Of a DNA stretch of 64,000 bases, positions 41,701 through 50,759 are shown piece by piece (positions within the stretch are counted from its first letter, which is position 1; every line of letters starts with the position of its first letter). Origin of the DNA: Perkinsela sp. CCAP 1560/9. Taxonomy: Eukaryota; Protista; Euglenozoa: Kinetoplastea. Under the pieces are notes generated by a model. The model was not told the DNA's origin, ran no database searches, and worked only from the letters and a program-made list of their open reading frames with translations. The position numbers and the translations under genes were made by a program. The stretch covers positions 3,410,001 through 3,474,000 of the forward strand of contig CBFFSA010000001.1 of assembly GCA_965644495.1 (NCBI GenBank), written 5' to 3'.

Positions 41701-43847
41701 GTTTGAAGCTAGATTTCCTTGTTCGCACCGCTGAAATGGCTAGAATCTACGGTATACAATTCTTTGAAGTCCTCTCCAGAGGATCTCAGTTTCGTGTGGA
41801 ATCTATCCTGTTGCGAATAGCCCGGCGTCAAAACTATGTCGTGCTTTCACCATCAACAGAAGAAGTAGCCAGGCAAAACGATCAAGAGGCGGTACCCTTG
41901 GTAATGGAACCTGCCAGTGGATATTACCGCGACCCCGTTCTTGTGCTAGACTTTCGGTCCCTGTACCCTTCCATAATAATCGCATATAATTTGTGTTACA
42001 CTACTTGCCTTGGAAAATTATCCCGATTGGAAAGTAAAAAATTGGGAGTTTTATCAGGATATCAGACCCCTGTTGATGTTGTTAGATCTATCAAATCTCA
42101 CATTAGGATTGCACCCAACACTACGATGTTTGTCAGTGAGGATCTTCGTAAAGGCATTATTCCAACAGCACTGCGTTCAATACTGGGTACAAGACAGCTT
42201 GTCATCAAGGCAAGAAAAAAAGCTGAAGCTGAGAGCGATCTCATAGGCAGCCGGGTTCTTGAAGCACGTCAACTGGCTCTCAAGCTGCTAGCAAATGTTA
42301 TTTATGGATATACGGCCGCGACATGGACAGGGAGGATGCCGTGTTCGGACCTCGCCGACGCAATTGTGCTACTTGCGAGAAACGTGCTGGAACAAACTAT
42401 TCACAGTGTGAACCAGAATGCGGAATGGGGAGCTTTCGTTGTGAGCGGAGACACGGATTCACTGTTCGTACATATAAAAGGGGCAACTCTACCTCGAGCT
42501 TTTCAAGTTGCGCACGAAATAATAGACTTTGTGCAGAATCGCTTTCCTTCTCCAATTGCGTTAAAGCTGGAGAAGGTGTATCTGCCATGTGTCTTGGTCG
42601 CTAAGAAGCGTTACGCCGGATATGCTTACGAATCACTTTCAAGCACTCCGAAACTGGATGTTAAAGGTTTGGAATGCATTCGTCGTGATCAAACCGATGC
42701 GACAGCGAATATGCTGACTAAAATGTTGCATCTTCTTTTCAAAAATTCGGATATTCAAGCTTTGGAAAGTTACTTTACTAGACAATGCGAAAAACTTTTA
42801 AGTGGAAGCGTGACACCTTGTGATTTGATTCTACGTCAAGAAGTTAAGTTTGGTACCTACCAAGCAGCCAATTTGCCTCCTGCAGCCGAAATTGCCGTAC
42901 AAGAAGTGAAGAAAGGAGAAGGAGTTCCAATGTACGGAGAACGGGTGCCATATCTAATTACTCACACCGCGCAGTTTGCCAAACGACTCCGTGACATGTT
43001 GGTACATCCGCGCGTATATTTTTCTAGTATAATCAGCAAACCTGATTCCGGACAATTTTTTAGTATCAATATGTTTGACAATCCAGAGACGCAACGACCA
43101 CCGAATATTCATGTAGAATACTATCTGGATAGACAAATCGTACCTGCACTGCAACGCGTTTTTGGCCTAATCAACGTGCACCTTGGCGAATGGCTCTCTA
43201 GAGTGCGAAGGTCAGTTTCTTCTATCCCTTCTATGAAAGCTACTCGTGACACATTAGATGGTTTTTTGCGGCAAGCGAATTGTGTTTCGTGTTCAAAACC
43301 GGCCGGTTCTACGGCAGTACCAATACGGACTGAAGAATTTCCCAAGCGAAGTAAAAAAGTGGTGGCCAAAAAAGCAAATGAGAAAATTGTGAATGAATCC
43401 AATGCCTTATGTCAACAATGCTTTCAGGATTCTCAGACGACTCTACTAGGCCTCCGTATGCGCCTCAACGCAGTGCAGAAGAGACTTCACAATCAATACA
43501 TCATTTGCCACCGTTGTACAGGGGAAGTCGGGGGACCAGACGAAGTCTCGACGTGTGTGAACACTGAATGTCCAATATCATTTGAGCGTGTTAAATTGCA
43601 AGGAAGGTTAAGTTATCTTCATGAAACTGTTATAGATATAGAGGATCTGTTTAATCCTATAAGATTGAACAACTCTGATGAAACTCATTCAAACTTTAAG
43701 GTCGATGCGTTCTATAGAAAACCTTTTAATAAATTGTCCAACCGGGAGCCCTGCGAAACACTTAGCTCAGTCGAATCCTCAGAGTACATTGATCTTCTTA
43801 CCCCGCGAGCCTCATCTCGAGATATAAACGAGATTTATGTCGAATAA
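38712..43847 (+). CDS. REV3: DNA polymerase zeta catalytic subunit
   Basis: N-terminal RVPVLR.FG...HGVFPY; VLSRGSQFRVES; LDFRSLYPS.IIAYNLCYTT; QLALKL.ANV.YGYT.A..GRMPC; GDTDS; KKRYAG; C-terminal CysA and CysB clusters. Confidence 0.95.
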   Translation: MKLRCQLFVLDHVYETDFADQKSHGTTILNRVSRKHEISSLSSSYPGSVSAQQARVPVLRCFGRTLKGESVCARIHGVFPYIMLYSPLQHSRENGLGVWDDTLPRRFSCTLEDAIREQYHMPRNRNIIHSVCLVKGMPCYGYHPDSAIFFKVEFYHTAYVKRAVNVCTQSTAVGGIKWLPHEAHLSFELQFLVDFDLGGMSWLDLSDCKSAQHKTTTVEIEVDVECRNVQPADTTVTQGHRFQSVSSMKYVTMELEEFYKNTNATDMFLSELKETESAYHTNNTEASLILCDNKKNPVNRNMENMFEELYSVSHKEAEVVHSTPSLSSTGAFSDKEATPEPLTLDLIREIGRTGYSPEAICFLDDDNNSIKRNSSSCLEHSSTSTEFYKQESEDVSLSPRENVNVRRELDFETPRKARNSGRKNTKDTSARRLQHDILNYNAFSQAEAASYSISCSGKTQDSLDSVERSESSIELFSDRPTVSIGHTSESYFLPRRNGRDEVSHIEKPGTPLHSPMRAQGESEDFILTPKRCVRFDNSSKSAGLGSVSEKETCLRTDGSSAGPYKSMPKSICGPMNVGVPKRWKRVVFRTSAPSWKSVESTPDSINNLQDPFPRNALPTSLSTRSSQAYREFQEIFKKQTYYPEHYDVSLKTEINLTISARNLSPSWAEIKSSYDTCSRSAEMAIRDRIRTPSGEKGIYTAISGIKNVRSPEAFRLENSRKHLVQLRCLYFEIMIGSRGVLRAACLIFYNAQSENITDSEMHIIGAGARRLRTKGQSQCHVCCIYHHTEFLLLRAVEKKLVNSDPDLIAGWEIQKRSLGYFISRYKHVIGSEPVLGRSISNITDKDAGSAAPDSRPKSKEIKSDDDQSDINQIDRDENRKKHREHENFLSVFGSVLNAAEKDESSVSLEHVSTDTYKSSRTLHLHGRILINLWKVYRSEQKSKSYTLQNAAWHLLRRRLPEHSDLSLEQYLTNGSVSQSYYALHRLWDYTMCSLEVCLKLDFLVRTAEMARIYGIQFFEVLSRGSQFRVESILLRIARRQNYVVLSPSTEEVARQNDQEAVPLVMEPASGYYRDPVLVLDFRSLYPSIIIAYNLCYTTCLGKLSRLESKKLGVLSGYQTPVDVVRSIKSHIRIAPNTTMFVSEDLRKGIIPTALRSILGTRQLVIKARKKAEAESDLIGSRVLEARQLALKLLANVIYGYTAATWTGRMPCSDLADAIVLLARNVLEQTIHSVNQNAEWGAFVVSGDTDSLFVHIKGATLPRAFQVAHEIIDFVQNRFPSPIALKLEKVYLPCVLVAKKRYAGYAYESLSSTPKLDVKGLECIRRDQTDATANMLTKMLHLLFKNSDIQALESYFTRQCEKLLSGSVTPCDLILRQEVKFGTYQAANLPPAAEIAVQEVKKGEGVPMYGERVPYLITHTAQFAKRLRDMLVHPRVYFSSIISKPDSGQFFSINMFDNPETQRPPNIHVEYYLDRQIVPALQRVFGLINVHLGEWLSRVRRSVSSIPSMKATRDTLDGFLRQANCVSCSKPAGSTAVPIRTEEFPKRSKKVVAKKANEKIVNESNALCQQCFQDSQTTLLGLRMRLNAVQKRLHNQYIICHRCTGEVGGPDEVSTCVNTECPISFERVKLQGRLSYLHETVIDIEDLFNPIRLNNSDETHSNFKVDAFYRKPFNKLSNREPCETLSSVESSEYIDLLTPRASSRDINEIYVE

Positions 43848-44327
43848 ACATTTTGGTTGAATACCTTTGTTTGACCTTACAGTAAGGGTAATAGGCGGCT
43901 TCGGAGCAGTTTTGCTGCAGCCTTGGTAACATTTGTTGCTAATCGAGGATGTTGTGATGGTTGCGCAACCACTATCAATAGCAACATAAAAGCCAAGTAG
44001 AGTGTATTCCCGGTCAATGTCCATTATTCCTATCAATGTCCATTATTCCCACCGTGATTGGCACTTCATCCGGATTAGTTTCAAATTATTCTTTGTTGAA
44101 CGACGCACTGCAGTTTTGATGTGATTCGTGTCCACACCCATCTGCAATTCTTCGAATACACATCAAGTACTTTCCCTGTACAGTAAGGACGCTTAAAAGC
44201 AGCATTTCATCTCTCATCATAGCGATTCGTGTTGAGCACACTTTCACGTGTTTTTACTGTCATTTTATTCTTCGTTTTCTATTTTCTCAACTTGTATATT
44301 ACATGTCCTGATCCTCCCGTGCTTCAG

Positions 44328-45104
44328 ATGGCACCTCACCGTCCTCACCTAACCTCCTTCTACCTCCCTCTCACCCTCCTCACCTGCCTTGTGCTGTGTG
44401 TCGAAGCCCTCACCGTCCGCACCTTCTTCCCCGGCTCCCTCTCCTCCCCCTCTCTCCTCCTCTTTTTCCTCACCACCTTTGCCACCGTGGTCCTCCTCCT
44501 CCTCTTCGGGGTTTTCACCCCACGAAAAGACATCTTCCACACGTTAGCCCAACACGACATGGACCACACCAATACACATAGGCCTGGTTTCTCGAACGTT
44601 GCGGAGGATCCCGGCATGTTGGACCCCGATAGCGTCCCCCCCGCCCCTCCCACGGTGGCCGACCGGGTCCCCGGCGCCACCTACTCCTGTGAGCGCTACA
44701 CCCGGGACGCTCTCGCGGAGCTCCTCGGGTCCCAGCCCTACCGCCGCTGGCTGGAGCGCTCCATCCTCCAGGCCAACGTGCAGCGCACGGTGGCGGGACT
44801 CCGACACGCCCTGGTGCGTACCCTCCTGGGGTGCGTGCTCTCGGCCTGGGTGATCCGCGAGGGGGTGGGGAGGGGAGGGGGGGCGGTGGGGGTGGAGGCC
44901 GTGGCAGCGTTACTCACGGCGTTTCTGGTGGCGCTGCCCCCCCGGGAGGGGGTGGTGGCGGGGTGTGTGGTGGCGGCGAGCGGGGTGTGTTATCTAAGTG
45001 AGGGGGAGGAGGCGAGCTCGCTGCCGATTGTGACCTGTACCACCGTTATATTGCGTATATTGGCGGAGGAGACCTTGGGTGGGTGGAGTTCGTGTGTCGT
45101 TTAA
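44328..45104 (+). CDS. Hypothetical membrane protein
   Basis: Two N-terminal and several C-terminal hydrophobic segments; contains a C-to-G island; start codon uncertain. Confidence 0.6.
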   Translation: MAPHRPHLTSFYLPLTLLTCLVLCVEALTVRTFFPGSLSSPSLLLFFLTTFATVVLLLLFGVFTPRKDIFHTLAQHDMDHTNTHRPGFSNVAEDPGMLDPDSVPPAPPTVADRVPGATYSCERYTRDALAELLGSQPYRRWLERSILQANVQRTVAGLRHALVRTLLGCVLSAWVIREGVGRGGGAVGVEAVAALLTAFLVALPPREGVVAGCVVAASGVCYLSEGEEASSLPIVTCTTVILRILAEETLGGWSSCVV

Positions 45105-45160
45105 GGGCGTGTGTTTAATTAGGGTGGGGAAGGGATGGTTGACCTGCGTTGAAGTGCGGG
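44330..45160. other. C-to-G polarity island 5 (switch near 44800)
   Basis: C-rich at 44330-44780, G-rich at 44830-45160, extending past the stop codon. Confidence 0.85.
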
Positions 45161-45370
45161 TTTGTCATTCTGTTCTTTTGAAAGGGATAGTACGGAGCTG
45201 ATAAGAATTTTCTTTTTTAAAATAGGTACGATATACGCTCTTACGATAGCCACAAACAATCTTTTTTTAAGTAATCTTTTTTTCCTGTCGGCAATACTTT
45301 TTCCCGAATGTCAAGCCTTCGAAAGGCATGCTCATGCGATTTTTTACATTTTTGAAGGAACTTTTGCCTG

Positions 45371-46381
45371 ATGAGTTCATTTGAACTTTCACACATCTTT
45401 GTATTGGATTGCGGGCGTCAACCACTACGTCGCCTACAGGGACCGAGTGAAAATACACGAAGGACATCCGACGGGAAAGACAATCTCTTCGTTGAATCGC
45501 CGAATTCAAACAGTAAGGTGCTCTACGTTGCACCAAAGGTAAGTCGTCGTATGGATTTGACTTATCCTACTATCTTTACTTCCGGCGAAGAATTTGTTCC
45601 GGTGGAACAGTGGTTGGGTGAGACTCTTAAGGGTGTGACTAGTTTTCAGCTTCTCCGACGAATTTTCATGCCCTCTGAGACCGTAATAGTTGTATGTCAG
45701 AGTCAAATACACGCCTCACGCGCTATAAACCGAATTCAGCGACACCGTCCTGTTGGTTTGCAAGCTGTACTAAACTCAGAGAATGAGTGCAACAATCAAA
45801 GTGGTGGGAGTTCGAATGATCAAAATGCTGAACCGTGGCGCCGTTCCGATCATCTCGAAATGACACCACTTACTTTCGACAGACTTGAGATACTCTGTAT
45901 GTCAGCGCCGCAGTCCATCCATGGATTGATCGCGGAGCTTTCGGAAATGTCCCGCAATATTCTTCGCAGGCCCTCCGTGGTGAATACCAAAGTGTTTCAC
46001 AGAATGGTGACCACTGTAGTGCGTGGCAATGTTAGAAAAGACCTTTTCCAAGCGCGTGTGAGTACAGGCGCGCCGAAATCGAGTTTGCAAGGAAACCCAA
46101 ATGGGAGTACATCCATTGTGAAGAGTGATTTGCATGTAGCTGACGTCATTGAGAGTAAAGAACAGACAAATCAAACAAGTAATACTGCAACAGATGCCTT
46201 GCAATCGTCAGCGCCAGTACACGATGCTCCCTGCTCACTCTCTCTGCTTCGTTCAGTGAGATCGAGAAGTGCTCCGCATGTGTCAAGCACCAAAATAAAG
46301 AAGCACAACATTGTGCGTTCACGTTCACTCTCACCCTGCGGGTCGACAACCACACATAAGACTTGTGACCATCTAGTCTAG
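45371..46381 (+). CDS. Hypothetical protein
   Basis: 336-aa ATG-initiated ORF on the cluster strand. Confidence 0.62.
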   Translation: MSSFELSHIFVLDCGRQPLRRLQGPSENTRRTSDGKDNLFVESPNSNSKVLYVAPKVSRRMDLTYPTIFTSGEEFVPVEQWLGETLKGVTSFQLLRRIFMPSETVIVVCQSQIHASRAINRIQRHRPVGLQAVLNSENECNNQSGGSSNDQNAEPWRRSDHLEMTPLTFDRLEILCMSAPQSIHGLIAELSEMSRNILRRPSVVNTKVFHRMVTTVVRGNVRKDLFQARVSTGAPKSSLQGNPNGSTSIVKSDLHVADVIESKEQTNQTSNTATDALQSSAPVHDAPCSLSLLRSVRSRSAPHVSSTKIKKHNIVRSRSLSPCGSTTTHKTCDHLV

Positions 46382-46870
46382 ATGCACGTTTTGCTTTTTT
46401 CTGTGGTAGCAAAACAGGCCTATGCGCCTCTACCCTTAGGAACAATAAGTTCCATAAAAAGTGTAGTACTTGATCTGATTTACTCTGTTCATTTCAGAAG
46501 ATGCTGAGAAGATGTTCCAGTGACGGAGCGCTCCTCACGTTCGTCAAGCGCTGCATATTAAATCTCCTAGGGATTTTGGAAAGTCTTTCCTTTTCCGCTC
46601 CGTTGGTTTCAAGCTTCCGATTCCGTTGGTTCAAGCTTTCCCACTCCTCGTTTGTTTTACTGCAAGCGTCGAAAAATACTCCACTTACTAACTCTATTGC
46701 AGCTTCAGATGCGGTCATACTATCATACCGTTTAGGCAAACGTACCTTTCAATTATCCACTTATCCGCTGTAGTGCTCTTAACCTTACTGTATATAGAGA
46801 ATGTCGCGCGAATAAAGGAAGCTGTCAAGTAATTTCGACTCTTTCTGTGATTTATAATTCTACCAATAAC

Positions 46871-47449
46871 ATGGCCGATTATGTGCGTCCCGCTAAAGTC
46901 CATGGAAGTGCGTTGCCTCAGGAGTACTTATTAGAAAAAATACTGCAAGACGTGAAGGTAGTACCACTCAAAATACCAGTAAGATCTCCTTTTTGTTGGA
47001 GTACCGAGACACCTGCGTGTAAATGGCGTGGTGTGACTTGTGACGCACAGGGTATAGTGACAAAAATCTACTGGGGCTGCTGTAACTTAAACGGTGAATT
47101 GCACTGGGAGTTCTTGCCTAAAACGCTCATTACATTCAACGCGCGTTCTAATGAGCTCCGCGGTATCGTAGAGCTCATCGATCTGCCTCCTGGATTAGAA
47201 AGCTTCAGTGCCTCTTATAACTTACATGGAGGAACGCCTGATTTACGTGAACTGCCTCTCACCATGAAGGAATTGTGGCTAGAATACAACTGCTTTGAGG
47301 GGCGAGTGGATCTGGATGCCCTTCCCAAATCTATGAAGGCTTTACATCTTGAAGAAAATCAAGATCTGAGTGGTCAAATTGATGTCTCAAAACTTCCTCC
47401 AAAACTGTATTACAACATACGTAGCACGAATATTACGATGTTGCATTGA
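46871..47449 (+). CDS. Leucine-rich repeat family protein
   Basis: Leader VRPAKVHGSALPQEYLLEK, cap WSTETPACKWRGVTC, LNGELHWEFLP, about 4 LRRs. Confidence 0.87.
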   Translation: MADYVRPAKVHGSALPQEYLLEKILQDVKVVPLKIPVRSPFCWSTETPACKWRGVTCDAQGIVTKIYWGCCNLNGELHWEFLPKTLITFNARSNELRGIVELIDLPPGLESFSASYNLHGGTPDLRELPLTMKELWLEYNCFEGRVDLDALPKSMKALHLEENQDLSGQIDVSKLPPKLYYNIRSTNITMLH

Positions 47450-47486
47450 GACAACGACGCAGTGCATTATTGTTAAATCATACATT

Positions 47487-47607
47487 ATTTTCTTTTTTAG
47501 GCTCTTCGTTAAACGCGGCGGTAGTTTTCAACGCGAAGCGCGCAGCATGAGTGACTTCTAAGTTGAAAGCAACCACCGCGTTTAACGAAGAGCCTAAAAA
47601 AGAAAAT
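47487..47607. repeat. 46-bp inverted repeat with a 29-nt loop
   Basis: 47487-47532 pairs with 47562-47607 (3 mismatches); the loop starts with GCGAAGC. Confidence 0.9.
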
Positions 47608-48186
47608 TTAGCCTGGAAATCGGAAAGATTATAGCCAAAAATAGCCGAATTTCGGGTACAAATGGGGTCATTTTCGCATATTTTTGCTCTCAGAGCACTA
47701 AATCCGACATTTGCGCGTGGGAAATCACTCGCAGGCATGAATGAAAGCCTACCGAACGTATTGGGTAGAGAATACGACTCCAACCATACCATTCGTTCGA
47801 CACAAAAATGCCCCTTTAGGTCCGAAAAATACTTTTTCACCTTTTTTAGTCAAAACTGGGTCATTTTGAGGGGCGCACCACGGTTCGAAGAAGTGATACC
47901 TTGCGAAAACAACTGCGGAGAAAGCTAGTGTAGGTCCCAAACTATCGAAATACAATAGGTGAAACGATTTTGGAAAAATATTTTTTTTGTCATTTTTTTC
48001 GCCAAGTTGAATTTTTTTTTAAAATTTTTTTTCCGAAAAAATCCGAACTTGGCGGACCCGTCATGCGGATACGCGGGGGGGTCACCCCGGGGTAGGGGGG
48101 TGGAAAATGCGCGCCAAGACCCCGGCTACCCTTTCTGCGGTTTTTTTTCGAAAACTAATTTTTTCGAAAAAATTTGCTCGACCATG

Positions 48187-48270
48187 CCCCCCCCCCCCCT
48201 GGACCCCCCCCCTGGACCCCCCCCCTGGAGCCCCCCCCCTGGACCCCCCCCCTGGACCCCCCCCCATGGA
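48187..48270. repeat. Minisatellite of about six C9-TGGA units; G-quadruplex-prone on the - strand
   Basis: Six tandem units of about 13 bp read directly from the sequence. Confidence 0.9.
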
Positions 48271-48674
48271 CCTCCCATTTTTTTCAAATTTTTTTTTCAG
48301 TTTTGGACCACCGGAGCCCCCTTTTATATTTTTTTCTTCTATTATATTACTGTGTTCCTCTTTATATTTTCACTGTTTTTGTTCACTTTTTTTTCAATAA
48401 TCGAGTGTAGAGCGGTAGTTTTACAACCACCGCAACATTCAATAAATACGAATTCAATGTGTATAGATTGTATATGAATACAATATGTATTGGCCTTCAA
48501 AAATGGCGGCATAAATAGAATAATAAATTAGAATAGCTTGAATGTAGCGAGGTCAAAGCACTCTCCTCCGAGGATCCGGATCTTCCCTAATTTCATACAT
48601 TGGTTTTGTTTTTTGAGCTAATAGTCCTTTACAAGTGTTTTTATAAGGAAATTCTGTTGCGTTCAAGATTTTTT

Positions 48675-49757
48675 ATGAGTGCACTTGAAAACGTCCGCGA
48701 AGCGCTTCTTTTTGCATTTTGTCGTATCAAACACTCTGACGGCGATCACATAAAATCTATGGTAGAAACAACCTTACAATGGGTAAGAGAAGCACGTCTT
48801 TTGATGCCGGATATCGTCACCGGGATGTGGCTTCACCTACAAGGGGTCGAACACCTGCAAGGGAACGATGATTATAAAGTGGAGTCCATTCTAACTGTCT
48901 CGTATTTTTTAGATTGCCTTATTTCCAAGCTTGGTGAAGACTCTGATCAAGCGCCATTAGAAAACCTATGTTACTACCTCGACAAAGCTGGCTTAGTAAC
49001 CTTACTTCTAAATACGTCTCAAAAGCTTCCGGAAGGCCAACGGAAGCAAATGGAGCGTTTGGTTTCACATTGGAAACTATGTTCCGCACTTAGACCGGAA
49101 AATAAAGATTTTAATTCGTCTGTGAATGATCTATTTCTGGGGATTTCCTCTCAATTGTCGGACGATGCGCTTCAGAGTCGAACAGAAGTGCTACAAAATA
49201 TTTATAACGCACTTACCAATGTATCGGAATGGAGACTACAACAGGTATTACATCTACTCCCATCCTACCTTGGTGAAATACACACGCGAGCGGGTTTCGA
49301 AAGGCTGAAAACATTACACAATATCTTGAAACAAGAAAATGAGTCCGGTCGTACGTCTGACTCCGCGCAAACAATTGCACACTACATCGAGGCCTATCAA
49401 CCTCATAAATCAATTTCACAGCGACTCAGGCTCCTTGCGAATCACCACAAATATGGTTCGGCTGCAAAAAGAACAACTAGAAGAGATGGACCCATAGTTG
49501 TTGAGCCGTTCGTTTCTCCGCCGTCGCGTTTGGAGATGCTATCTCTTATGTCCTTTCAATACCATCCGCCGCGTGCCGACACACTTCACATTCCAACTGC
49601 TAGCGACGTGATGTCATACGCATTTTCTTCAATGGAGCGTTTCGATTCCAAGTGCGTCTACAGGCGGCCATGGCTTCCTTCCACAAAAGAGTGGTTTAAC
49701 ATGCGTGATAATCGTAGCACTGTTGTGTCAAGCAGTAGAAAAATGGACGACTTTTAA
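48675..49757 (+). CDS. Hypothetical helical protein
   Basis: 360-aa ORF on the cluster strand; no confident motif. Confidence 0.65.
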   Translation: MSALENVREALLFAFCRIKHSDGDHIKSMVETTLQWVREARLLMPDIVTGMWLHLQGVEHLQGNDDYKVESILTVSYFLDCLISKLGEDSDQAPLENLCYYLDKAGLVTLLLNTSQKLPEGQRKQMERLVSHWKLCSALRPENKDFNSSVNDLFLGISSQLSDDALQSRTEVLQNIYNALTNVSEWRLQQVLHLLPSYLGEIHTRAGFERLKTLHNILKQENESGRTSDSAQTIAHYIEAYQPHKSISQRLRLLANHHKYGSAAKRTTRRDGPIVVEPFVSPPSRLEMLSLMSFQYHPPRADTLHIPTASDVMSYAFSSMERFDSKCVYRRPWLPSTKEWFNMRDNRSTVVSSSRKMDDF

Positions 49758-49973
49758 CCAAGTGGGATACGGTTTGATCAACAAGGAAAAGAAGGGGTGA
49801 AATTCACTTCGAATTGGCAACGGTTTGTCTACAAAAGCATATTTCGAAAAGAGTATCTCGTCTACTGTGTCAATCTTTTTATGTCATGTGTTTCGCAATT
49901 TGGAACATTGAAATTTTAGAAATATTCTATTTTAAACACTTTAGCAAATGGGAGAACGGTAAAGAGTCACTTT

Positions 49974-50543
49974 ATGAGTAAAGCATACAGCAAGGTAGCA
50001 GTTCGCCGGAAAAGAAAACCCGTTTGTTCGTTACACCATCTTGGATATGGTTCTTGGTTTGCGCTCTTAGTGTTCATCGTTTCTTGGGGTTTGTTAGTGC
50101 CCAGTGAATTGCAGTTCGGTTCACTTTTTCTCTCGTGTGGTTTCAGTGTTATCGAATGGCTTTACTACAGACACAGTAGTGAACGCTCTGACGGCACGGT
50201 ATCGCTCTCTCTTCAACCCGTGCGCGGAGGCCATACCACCGTTGAGCAGTGGATAATGAATCTGCTCTTTATTCCTGTTTTTGTTTTTGGCTATCGCGCG
50301 TGCATCAAAGGAACTCTTCTTCGTTGCCTTCTGTCTCCATTGAATATTTGGATGCTGGAAATTGTTGAAGGAAGTGTTCTAGGGTCTTTATACGGGTATA
50401 ACCCTGCATGGGATTACTCAGGTCAACCAGGCAGTGCATTCCGAGGTCTTATCCAATTATCCTATTGGAAACTCTGGATCGGTCTTCAAATCCTTATTGA
50501 ATTGACGCTTCTTGTGTTCATAAACTCCAAGTCTGGGGTGTAG
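49974..50543 (+). CDS. Hypothetical multi-pass membrane protein
   Basis: 189 aa with 4-5 hydrophobic segments; LEIVEG...YGYNPAWDY motif. Confidence 0.7.
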   Translation: MSKAYSKVAVRRKRKPVCSLHHLGYGSWFALLVFIVSWGLLVPSELQFGSLFLSCGFSVIEWLYYRHSSERSDGTVSLSLQPVRGGHTTVEQWIMNLLFIPVFVFGYRACIKGTLLRCLLSPLNIWMLEIVEGSVLGSLYGYNPAWDYSGQPGSAFRGLIQLSYWKLWIGLQILIELTLLVFINSKSGV

Positions 50544-50759
50544 AAAAGCAAAGTGAAGCACACTTGTGGGAGCAACTCGTTATTGTGTATATGCACACTG
50601 TACATTTCTTTTGGCAGGTGGGTTGGGTTCTGTATATCACCACCCTCTAGCCTAGAATGTGGGCGGTATCTAGACTAGATACTCATGCAAGGCACTATTG
50701 ATATAAAAAAACAACACAAAACCGTTCCAAAGCTTTCTTTCTCCTTCCTCCTTTTTTCC

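Noticed and set aside
37172-44050. Short tandem duplications (about 23 bp near 37175, about 19 bp near 44014)
   Set aside because: Two-copy slippage-type duplications with no further structure
48187-48270. Interstitial telomeric repeat
   Set aside because: The C9-TGGA unit does not match TTAGGG/CCCTAA
47959-48477. Pro/Phe-rich ORFs across the minisatellite
   Set aside because: Translation of homopolymer tracts; no coding signature
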